Source of the DNA: Candidatus Xenobia bacterium
Lineage (GTDB): Bacteria; Vulcanimicrobiota; Xenobia; Xenobiales; QWHO01
Reading direction: 5' to 3'
Length of the DNA stretch: 27,770 nt
Assembly: GCA_045863235.1 (NCBI GenBank)
Contig: BTUM01000099.1
Location: 1 to 27,770 of the forward strand
The notes below the pieces were generated by a model, which saw only the letters and a list, made by a program, of their open reading frames with translations, was not told the origin of the DNA and made no database searches. A program made the position numbers and the translations under genes. Shown here piece after piece: positions 7,118-14,338 of this stretch. Numbering within the stretch: the first letter of the stretch is position 1; every line of letters begins with the position of its first letter.

Positions 7118-7150
7118 GAGGGCCCCGCTCGCGCGGGGCCCTCCTTCTTT
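7118..7150 (+). terminator. Intrinsic terminator
   Basis: Perfect 11-bp stem GAGGGCCCCGC-TCGC-GCGGGGCCCTC followed by CTTCTTT, 5 nt after the stop codon. Confidence 0.8.
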
Positions 7151-7403
7151 CGTAAGAAGGATGTTCGGGCTGAGCCGCGCCGATGAGCTCTCCGGCCGGA
7201 TTGATGGCTCACCTCAAGCTGCCTGCCCGCAGAGCTGCGCGGACAAGCAGTCGTCCCTCCAGAAGCAGCGCGGTGTTGCGCTCATTCTTGAAGATCTTTC
7301 CAGATCGGGAAGCGTGCTCGGCAAGTCATGGCGAGGGACTTCTTTAGGAGATCGTCAGAATGTTCTGCAGGAACTTGAGAAGGATTGCAGTATACCCGTG
7401 CCG

Positions 7404-8114
7404 ATGAATACGACCGCTCACGTTTCCGGAGGGAACAGCGTCTGCAGGGTTGTACGGCGTGCTCCCAGCAAGCCCGCTTACGAGTTCGCCAAGCGGCTGT
7501 TCGATCTGACTGTCTCCGGAGCGGCCATCCTGGCTCTTTCTCCGGTGTTCATCCTGTCCGCCGCCCTGATCTACCTCGAGGAGCGCGGACCGGTGTTCTA
7601 CCGGGGCGAACGCATTGGGCGGGACGGCAAGGTGTTCCACATCCTCAAGTTCCGCACCATGCGGCTGGATGCTGACAAGATCCCCGGGCCCTCCTCGGCG
7701 GGCGATGACGATCCGCGCATCACCAAGCTGGGGGGCATCCTGCGCACGCTCAAGATCAATGAGCTGCCCCAGCTGTTCAACGTGCTCAACGGAAGCATGA
7801 GCCTGGTGGGTCCCCGGCCCCAGGTGGCCTGGGACGTGGCCAACTACACCGACGAGGAGACGGCCATCCTCAGCGTGCCGCCGGGCATCACCGACTACGC
7901 ATCCATCCGCTTTCACAACGAGGGAGAGATCCTCAAGGGAAGCACAGACCCCGACGCCGACTACATCCGCCTCATCCGGCCCGAGAAGATCCAGCTGCAG
8001 CTCAAGTATCTGCGCGAGCGGTCCTTTTTGACCGACCTCAAGATCCTGTTCCGCACCGCCTGGGTTCTGGTGGAGGACCGCCTGAGCCGCTCCAGGAGTG
8101 AGAATGTCCACTAG
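7404..8114 (+). CDS. Sugar transferase (small monotopic phosphoglycosyl transferase, PglC/WcaJ-C-terminal-like)
   Basis: KRLFDL, a hydrophobic helix, GPVFY, KFRTM, DPRIT, ELPQLFNVLNGSMSLVGPRP, PGIT. The start is uncertain (ATG 7404 chosen); the track start at 7116 runs through a terminator. Confidence 0.93.
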   Translation: MNTTAHVSGGNSVCRVVRRAPSKPAYEFAKRLFDLTVSGAAILALSPVFILSAALIYLEERGPVFYRGERIGRDGKVFHILKFRTMRLDADKIPGPSSAGDDDPRITKLGGILRTLKINELPQLFNVLNGSMSLVGPRPQVAWDVANYTDEETAILSVPPGITDYASIRFHNEGEILKGSTDPDADYIRLIRPEKIQLQLKYLRERSFLTDLKILFRTAWVLVEDRLSRSRSENVH

Positions 8115-8880
8115 TCCCCAGACCACCAGCCCTCCCGCCGAAGGCGAGCCCGGAGGGCTGCGCTCGCGCGTCGAGCACGACGCCGCCAGCATCTACCAGC
8201 GCTGCTTCGAGTCCAGCCCGGACACGCTGCAGGCCAAGCTGGACAACTTCCCCAAGTACGTGCGACTGCAGGCCCTGACCCGCTTTCTGGTTCGCTACGA
8301 GCTGATGCGCAAGGTGGTGGGGATCAAAGGCTCCATCGTGGAGTGCGGGGTGTTCGGGGGCTTCGGGCTGATGAGCTGGGCCAACCTCAGCTCCATCCTC
8401 GAGCCCACCAACTTCCAGCGGCGCATCTACGGGTTCGACTCGTTCAGCGGCTTCCCGGACGTGTCCGAGGAGGACAAGGCCGGCCGCGGGATCGCCCAGA
8501 CGGGACAGCTGCGCAACAACTCGCACGACGAGCTCGAGCAGATCATCAAGGCGTATGACGCCAACCGCTACCTGGGCCACATGGCCAAGGTGGAGCTGAT
8601 CGACGGGGACGCCACCAAGACCATCCCCCGCTTCATCGAGACCCACCCCCACACGCTGATCAGCCTGCTGTTCCTGGATTTCGACCTGTACGAGCCGACT
8701 CTGGTGGCGCTGCAGAACTTTTTGCCCCGCATGCCCAAAGGCGCCATCGTGGCCTTCGACGAGCTCGACCACCCGCTCTGGCCGGGCGAGACGCTGGCCC
8801 TGCTCAAGGCGGTGGACCTGCCCTCGGTGCGCCTGGAGCGGTTTGATTTCGACCCCTACGTGGGGTTCTTCGTAGTCTGA
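8104..8880 (+). CDS. TylF/MycF/NovP-related O-methyltransferase family protein
   Basis: GSIVECGVFGG, YGFDSFSGFP, LDFDLYEPT, GAIVAFDE. SD AGGAG at 8094-8098. Confidence 0.85.
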   Translation: MSTSPQTTSPPAEGEPGGLRSRVEHDAASIYQRCFESSPDTLQAKLDNFPKYVRLQALTRFLVRYELMRKVVGIKGSIVECGVFGGFGLMSWANLSSILEPTNFQRRIYGFDSFSGFPDVSEEDKAGRGIAQTGQLRNNSHDELEQIIKAYDANRYLGHMAKVELIDGDATKTIPRFIETHPHTLISLLFLDFDLYEPTLVALQNFLPRMPKGAIVAFDELDHPLWPGETLALLKAVDLPSVRLERFDFDPYVGFFVV

Positions 8881-8898
8881 GCAAACAAGGATAAGGTC

Positions 8899-9744
8899 AT
8901 GCTTCAATCCACAAAACCCGCCCTGGCCGAGACGGCCGCCGTCCGAGAGATGGCCCGCAAGGTTCGCACCCACATCGTCAAGATGACCCATCGAGCCCGC
9001 TGCTCGCACACCGGCAGCGGGCTGTCGCTGGCCGACGTGGTGGCCAGCCTCTACGGGGGAGGCGTCCTCAACCACCGGCCCTCCGAGCCGAAGTGGCCGG
9101 CCCGCGACCGGCTGATCCTGAGCAAGGGCCACGCCGCGGCCTGCCAGTACGCGGTGCTGGCCGAGGCGGGCTTTTTTCCCAGCCAGGAGCTCGAGAAGTT
9201 TTGCACCAACGATAGCTACCTGGCCGGCCACGTCAACCACAACGTGCCCGGAGTGGAGGCCTCCACCGGCTCGCTCGGGCACGGGCTCTCGATCGGCTGC
9301 GGGATGGCGCTGGTGGGCAAGACCAGCGAGCCTCGCTTCCGCGTATTCGTGATTCTGAGCGACGGGGAGTGCGACGAGGGCTCCACCTGGGAGCCGGCCC
9401 TGCTCGCGCCCACGCTCAAGCTCTCCAACCTGACGGTGATCGTGGATTACAACAAGATCCAGAGCCTGGGAACGGTGAAAGAGGTGCTCGACCTGGAGCC
9501 GCTGGCCGACAAGTGGCGCTCGTTCGGCTGGGCGGTCGAAGAGGTGGACGGGCACGACGTGGAAGCGCTGCTGGCCACGCTGGGGCGGCTGCCCTTCGAA
9601 ACGGACAAGCCCAGCTGCATCATCGCCCACACCGTGAAGGGCAAGGGCGTCTCCTTCATGGAGAACCAGCTGATCTGGCACTACTATTCGCCCGACAAGG
9701 AAGAGCTCGAGAAGGCCCTGGCGGAGCTGGGAGAGACGGTATGA
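8899..9744 (+). CDS. Transketolase, N-terminal (TPP-binding) subunit
   Basis: RDRLILSKGHA, STGSLGHGL, SDGECDEG...DYN TPP-binding motif, HTVKGKG. Confidence 0.93.
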   Translation: MLQSTKPALAETAAVREMARKVRTHIVKMTHRARCSHTGSGLSLADVVASLYGGGVLNHRPSEPKWPARDRLILSKGHAAACQYAVLAEAGFFPSQELEKFCTNDSYLAGHVNHNVPGVEASTGSLGHGLSIGCGMALVGKTSEPRFRVFVILSDGECDEGSTWEPALLAPTLKLSNLTVIVDYNKIQSLGTVKEVLDLEPLADKWRSFGWAVEEVDGHDVEALLATLGRLPFETDKPSCIIAHTVKGKGVSFMENQLIWHYYSPDKEELEKALAELGETV

Positions 9745-10703
9745 GAGACGCATTTGTTCGAGCTCTGGTGGAGGAGGCCCGCTCCAACCCTGATCTCTAC
9801 CTGCTGAGCGGAGATCTGGGCTTCCACGTGCTCGACCCCTGGCGCAACGAGCTGCCCGAGCGCTTCATTAACGTGGGCGTGGCCGAGCAGAACCTGGCCG
9901 GTATGGCAGCCGGGATGGCTATGAGCGGGAAGGTGGCGGTCATCTACTCGATCGGCAACTTCCCCACCCTGCGCTGCATCGAGCAGATCCGAAACGACAT
10001 CTGCTACCACGAGGCCAACGTCAAGGTGGTGGCGGTGGGGGCCGGCTTTGCCTACGGCAGCCTGGGCTCGACCCACCACGCCACCGAAGACATCGCCATG
10101 ATGCGGGCCCTGCCGGGGATGACGGTGCTCTCGCCGGGTGACCCGTACGAGGCCGGCGAGGCCACCCGAGCGGCCATGCGGATGCCGGGACCGTTCTACC
10201 TTCGCATCGGCAAGTCGGGCGAGCCGCTGGTGCACAAGAACGCTCCAGCGTTCGCGGTGGGCAAGGCCATCACGGCCCTCCCGGGCAGCGACCTCACCCT
10301 GGTGGCCACCGGCGGCATGCTGGTGGCGGCCGTGGAGGCGGCCGAGCAACTCGCCTCGCACGATCTTTCGGTGCGGGTGCTCAGCATGCACACCATCAAG
10401 CCGCTGGACCAGGAAGCCCTGCTGGCGGCGGCCACCGAGACGGGCAAGGTGGTGACGGTGGAGGAGCACTCGCTGCTCGGCGGCCTGGGCAGCGCCGTGG
10501 CCGAGTTCCTGTCGGAGGCGGCTCCGGGCGTGCTGCTGCGTAAGCTGGGAGTTCCCGACCGGTTCTTCAGCCGGGCCGGCAGCCCCGACCACCTGCGCGA
10601 GCAGTGCGGCCTGAACACGGCCGGCATCGTGGCCGAAGCTCTCAAGCTGACCCAAAGAAAAAATCTCAACGGAGCCACCCATGTACACAGTACCGTTCGT
10701 TGA
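9741..10703 (+). CDS. Transketolase, C-terminal (pyrimidine-binding) subunit
   Basis: Starts MRDAFV at an ATGA overlap. NVGVAEQN, EQIRND, GSTHHATED, TIKPLD, VEEH...GGLGS. Confidence 0.93.
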   Translation: MRDAFVRALVEEARSNPDLYLLSGDLGFHVLDPWRNELPERFINVGVAEQNLAGMAAGMAMSGKVAVIYSIGNFPTLRCIEQIRNDICYHEANVKVVAVGAGFAYGSLGSTHHATEDIAMMRALPGMTVLSPGDPYEAGEATRAAMRMPGPFYLRIGKSGEPLVHKNAPAFAVGKAITALPGSDLTLVATGGMLVAAVEAAEQLASHDLSVRVLSMHTIKPLDQEALLAAATETGKVVTVEEHSLLGGLGSAVAEFLSEAAPGVLLRKLGVPDRFFSRAGSPDHLREQCGLNTAGIVAEALKLTQRKNLNGATHVHSTVR

Positions 10704-11835
10704 CTATCCCGCCCATTACCGCAACCTGCGCCCCGAGCTCGAGCCGCTGATCGACGAGGTGATCTTCGAGCGCTCGGACTTCATCATGCGCGGCGACCTG
10801 GTCGAGTTCGAGAAGAACATGACCAGCTTTCTGGGCGTCAAGGACTCGGTGGGGCTCAAGTCGTGCACCGATGCGCTCATCTTGAGCCTGAAGGTGGCCG
10901 GGGTGGGCCCGGGCGACGAGGTGATCACGGTCTCGCACACGTTCATCGCCACCATCGCAGCCATCGTGCACTGCGGGGGCAAACCGGTGCTGGTGGACAT
11001 CCGCGAGGATGACGACCTGATGGACCTCGACCAGGTGGAAGCGGCCATCACGCCGCGCACGAAAGTGCTGCTGCCGGTGCACCTGAACGGGCGCATCTGC
11101 GACATGGACCGCCTGGAAGCGCTGGCCAAGAAGCACAACCTGACCATCGTGGAAGACTCGGCCCAGGCCCTGGGGGCCACTTACCGGGGCCGCAAGGGCG
11201 GCAGCTTCGGGCTGAGCGGCTGCTTCAGCTTCTACCCCGCCAAGCTGCTCGGAGCTGCCGGGGACGGTGGGCTGATCTCCACCCAGACCCAATCGGTGGC
11301 CGACCAGATGCGGCTTTATCGCGACCACGGCCGGGTGGGTAAGGACAACGACTTCGCCTTCTTTGCTTACAACTCTCGCCTGGACAACCTGCAGGCGGCC
11401 ATCTTGAACCTGAAGCTGCGCCACTTCCCGGGCTGGCTCGAGCGCCGGCGCCAGATCGCCAGGATTTACACGGAGCGGTTGTCGTCGCTGCCCATCAAGC
11501 TGCCCATCGCGCCGGACGCGGATCCGATCCGCTACGACGTCTACCAGAACTACCCGATCCAGACGCCCGAGCGAGACGCGCTGCGCGAGCACTTCGTGGC
11601 CTCCAGCGTGGAGACGATCATCTCCTGGCGAAAGCCAGTGCACGCCAACGCCGATCTGAAGCTGGACTTCAAGCTGCCGGTGACCGAGAAGCTCTGCCGC
11701 GAGGTGATCTCGCTGCCCATGAACACCGAGCTGAGCGATGCCCAGGTGGAGCACGTCTGCCAGGCGCTGCACGCGTTCTTTGCCAAAGGTGGACGGGCCC
11801 CGTACCAGCCCATCAAGAGCTCTGTCGCATCCTGA
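10681..11835 (+). CDS. DegT/DnrJ/EryC1/StrS family PLP-dependent sugar aminotransferase
   Basis: GPGDEVIT, PVHLNG, VEDSAQALGA, SFYPAKLLGAAGDGG (catalytic Lys), NSRLDNLQAAIL, SLPM. Confidence 0.93.
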   Translation: MYTVPFVDYPAHYRNLRPELEPLIDEVIFERSDFIMRGDLVEFEKNMTSFLGVKDSVGLKSCTDALILSLKVAGVGPGDEVITVSHTFIATIAAIVHCGGKPVLVDIREDDDLMDLDQVEAAITPRTKVLLPVHLNGRICDMDRLEALAKKHNLTIVEDSAQALGATYRGRKGGSFGLSGCFSFYPAKLLGAAGDGGLISTQTQSVADQMRLYRDHGRVGKDNDFAFFAYNSRLDNLQAAILNLKLRHFPGWLERRRQIARIYTERLSSLPIKLPIAPDADPIRYDVYQNYPIQTPERDALREHFVASSVETIISWRKPVHANADLKLDFKLPVTEKLCREVISLPMNTELSDAQVEHVCQALHAFFAKGGRAPYQPIKSSVAS

Positions 11836-13463
11836 TGCGCGTCGCCCTGCTCTGGTTGCTGCTGGTCGGCCTGGCCCTGGGACAGGGGCCGCTGGACGGC
11901 AAAGAGGCCACCCGGGCCCCCGGCGTCGAGGCCGGCAACCTGCAGCGCATCCAGCTTCGTCGCCAGGTGGGCAGCAAGCCCTCCCCCCGCGGGCTGTCGG
12001 CAGAGCTGGTCAACGCCAGTGAGGATGAGGCACCCGACCCGCTCCTGGCGGCGGTGCCGGAAGGCTATCGGCTGGCACCCGGAGATCAGCTCGAGCTGAC
12101 GATGGTCTCGGGGACGACCGAGGTCCTTCGGCGCACCATCCAGCCGGACGGTACGCTTTCGTTGGGACCGGCCCGAGTGAGCCTGACCGGCTTCACGATG
12201 GCTCAGGCAACACCCCGCCTCCGCCGCGAGCTGAGCCGGTATTTCCGGAACTTCTCCCTGAGTGTTGGCCTCAAGCGGGTGCGCCGCTTCCCGGTCCGGG
12301 TGGTGGGCGAGGTGGTCAACCCGGGCATCTACCAGGCCTCGGGGGTGAGCGGGGCGGCCGAGCTGGTGCTGGACGCGGGGGGCCTGACGAAGATCGGCTC
12401 CATGCGCCGGGTGCAGTTGCTCAACAGCCAGTCCAGGCCCTTCCGGGTGCTCGACTTCCTCAAGTGGCAGTCGCTGGGGCAAGAAGACCAGAACCCGTTC
12501 GTGTCGGCCCAGCAGACCATCGTGGTGCCGGCCATCGCTCGCGAGGTGCAGCTCTCGGGCGAGGTGCTGCAGCCGGGCATCTATGAGATTCTGGAGAACG
12601 AGACGCTGGGGAGCCTGCTGCGGCTAGCCGGAGGGGTGACCTCGGTGGCCGACAAGCGCCAGGTACAGGTGGCCCGCCTGCTGCCCTCGGGCAAGCGCCA
12701 GGACCTGCGCTTCAACCTGGAGGACCCATCCTCGGAAGGGTGGAGCTTTCGGCTCGAGGACGGGGACCAGGTCGCTTTCTACGACCGCAGCCTGGCCCAG
12801 GGGCGGCTGATCGTGATCGGAGAGGTGCGCGGCAAGGACTTCTTCCCGGAGACGGTCAACCAGGTGTCGGGCCTGAAAGAGGTGCAGCGGCGCGGGGTCT
12901 ACTCGCTCAGCGAGGGCGAGACGGCCCGCCAGGTGGTGCTGGCCCTGGGCGGGCTGACGGCCAAGGCGGACGTGGAGCACGCCTGGATCGAGCGAATCGG
13001 TCCGCAGGGCGAGCTGCTGAAGCTCCCCCTGAACTTGCGCCAGCTCATCACGCAGCAGGAGGCTCCTCCCCCGGGCCAGATGCTGGCCAGCGACGTGCAG
13101 CTGCGAGACGGCGACACGCTGGTGGTGCCGGCGCTGCCGGATACGGTGTTCCTGGCGGGCCATTTCTACAAACCAGGACCCCTGCCTTACAACCCGGCCT
13201 ACGGTCTGCGCGAGTACATCGCCCAGGCGGGCGGCACGACGGAGAAGGCCCACACCAAGCACGCCCGGCTGATCCGCCACGTGCCGGACGGGCCGCCGAT
13301 CGTGTGGGAGTTCAACCTGCTCGACGTGATGGAGGAGGGTTACCAGCCGGTTTCGGACGTGCGTCCCGGGGACGTGATCTACGTGCCGCTGTTCAAGCCG
13401 TTCTACACCGACCTGCTGCAGTTTTTGCCGTCGCTGCTGCTGATCCCGTCGATCTACCGCTAG
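11835..13463 (+). CDS. Polysaccharide export protein, Wza/KpsD-like, with multiple SLBB domains
   Basis: Signal peptide, Poly_export motif YRLAPGDQL...IQPDGTLSL, repeated GEVxxPGxY...AGG SLBB units, hydrophobic C-terminal helix. Confidence 0.88.
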   Translation: MRVALLWLLLVGLALGQGPLDGKEATRAPGVEAGNLQRIQLRRQVGSKPSPRGLSAELVNASEDEAPDPLLAAVPEGYRLAPGDQLELTMVSGTTEVLRRTIQPDGTLSLGPARVSLTGFTMAQATPRLRRELSRYFRNFSLSVGLKRVRRFPVRVVGEVVNPGIYQASGVSGAAELVLDAGGLTKIGSMRRVQLLNSQSRPFRVLDFLKWQSLGQEDQNPFVSAQQTIVVPAIAREVQLSGEVLQPGIYEILENETLGSLLRLAGGVTSVADKRQVQVARLLPSGKRQDLRFNLEDPSSEGWSFRLEDGDQVAFYDRSLAQGRLIVIGEVRGKDFFPETVNQVSGLKEVQRRGVYSLSEGETARQVVLALGGLTAKADVEHAWIERIGPQGELLKLPLNLRQLITQQEAPPPGQMLASDVQLRDGDTLVVPALPDTVFLAGHFYKPGPLPYNPAYGLREYIAQAGGTTEKAHTKHARLIRHVPDGPPIVWEFNLLDVMEEGYQPVSDVRPGDVIYVPLFKPFYTDLLQFLPSLLLIPSIYR

Positions 13464-13512
13464 CAGAGTGATGCAAAGGTCCTCGAAGAGGGCTTTTGCA
13501 TCAGCCTGCTAG
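13460..13512. repeat. 53-bp palindromic element (REP/MITE-like) between convergent genes; may also act as a terminator
   Basis: CTAGCAG-AG-TGATGCAAAGGTCCTC-GAA-GAGGGCTTTTGCATCA-GC-CTGCTAG. Its ends contain the TAG stops of both flanking genes. Confidence 0.8.
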
Positions 13513-14261
13513 GGCTTGACGAGCGTGAAGCGGATCACCAGGTTGAAGTCGTAGCCCAGGAAGGGCAGGGGCCAGCGACGCTCTTGGTAGGCTCCTCGCC
13601 GCCTGAGTGAGGCGGTGATGGTGTCGCAAAGATTGGGGTGGCTCCAGCAGATGATCTTGAGCAGATCGAGGCCGTACTTTTTCTGGAAGGTGCGCCGCGA
13701 GGTGAGCCAGCGTCCCAGGCCCCAGGCCAGGCCGCCTTCGGCAGGGATGGCTCCCACCAGCCTTCCGCCCGGGCGCAGCACGCGCATCAGCTCGTCAATC
13801 CAGCTCTCGAGCGGGTCGACGTGCTCGAGGGAGTAGAACGAGAGGCAGAGATCCTGGCTGTGGGTCTCCAGGGGCAGGTCGGGGCGATCCAGGCGAAGGC
13901 CCTGGAAAGCGGTGCCCCGAGCGGTCATGGCCTGCTCGAGGCGGGGAAAGAAGGTGTCGGTGACGTCCAGGGCGGTGTAGCTTGCCGGGGCGCCCTCCAG
14001 GGCCCGCAGGTGATAGCCGCCGCCGGGGCCGAGCTCGCAGAGCTTCAGGCCGGTGGTGTCCAGGCCCTTGAGGACGCGGTAGCCGGTGGCGTTGAGGCGA
14101 GCCTCCAGCGAGCCGGGCCTCTGGGTGGCCTGGTAGATCTCGGGAAAGAGCTCGAGCCAGCGCTGCCAGTCGGGGTCGTCTGGCTGCACGCGAGTGCCGT
14201 AGCGGCGCCGGTCGCCGAACAGCTCGCGGACCACGGCCTGGGGCAGGTAGTTGCGCAGCAT
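13509..14261 (-). CDS. Class I SAM-dependent methyltransferase
   Basis: Motif I LCELGPGGG, YTALD, SFYSLEHV, RVLRPGG. Start moved to ATG 14261 (MLRNYL), 6 nt after a TATAAA box. Confidence 0.88.
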   Translation of the reverse strand: MLRNYLPQAVVRELFGDRRRYGTRVQPDDPDWQRWLELFPEIYQATQRPGSLEARLNATGYRVLKGLDTTGLKLCELGPGGGYHLRALEGAPASYTALDVTDTFFPRLEQAMTARGTAFQGLRLDRPDLPLETHSQDLCLSFYSLEHVDPLESWIDELMRVLRPGGRLVGAIPAEGGLAWGLGRWLTSRRTFQKKYGLDLLKIICWSHPNLCDTITASLRRRGAYQERRWPLPFLGYDFNLVIRFTLVKP

Positions 14262-14267
14262 AGGGGG

Positions 14268-14297
14268 TTTATAGCACCGGGAGAGGGGGCGTGTCCA
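14268..14297 (-). promoter_or_regulatory. Sigma70 promoter (leaderless) for the methyltransferase
   Basis: On the minus strand: TGGACA (14297-14292), 18 nt, TG-C-TATAAA (TATAAA 14273-14268), 6 nt, ATG. Confidence 0.7.
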
Positions 14298-14303
14298 ATC
14301 AGT

Positions 14304-14332
14304 TTGACAGTCTTTCACGCCCGGAGTAAGAT
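14304..14332 (+). promoter_or_regulatory. Sigma70 promoter (leaderless) for GT2 and probably the downstream operon
   Basis: Perfect TTGACA (14304-14309), 17 nt, TAAGAT (14327-14332), 6 nt, ATG 14339. Confidence 0.8.
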
Positions 14333-14338
14333 GGGCCG

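Noticed and set aside
7116..7403. 96-aa N-terminal extension of the sugar transferase in the ORF track
   Set aside because: It starts within the upstream terminator and has no family similarity. Track extensions at 9369, 21492, 6291 and 14318 were trimmed for similar reasons.
7385..7406. Possible fourth leaderless promoter (TATACC 7 nt before ATG 7404)
   Set aside because: It lacks the conserved final T of the -10 box and has no -35 at 16-18 nt.
8038..9753. 571-aa minus-strand ORF, and similar long antisense ORFs (16561-18105, 18884-20347, 20461-21618, 24252-25619)
   Set aside because: They lie opposite well-supported genes and have no recognisable motifs. Long shadow ORFs are expected from high-GC codon bias.
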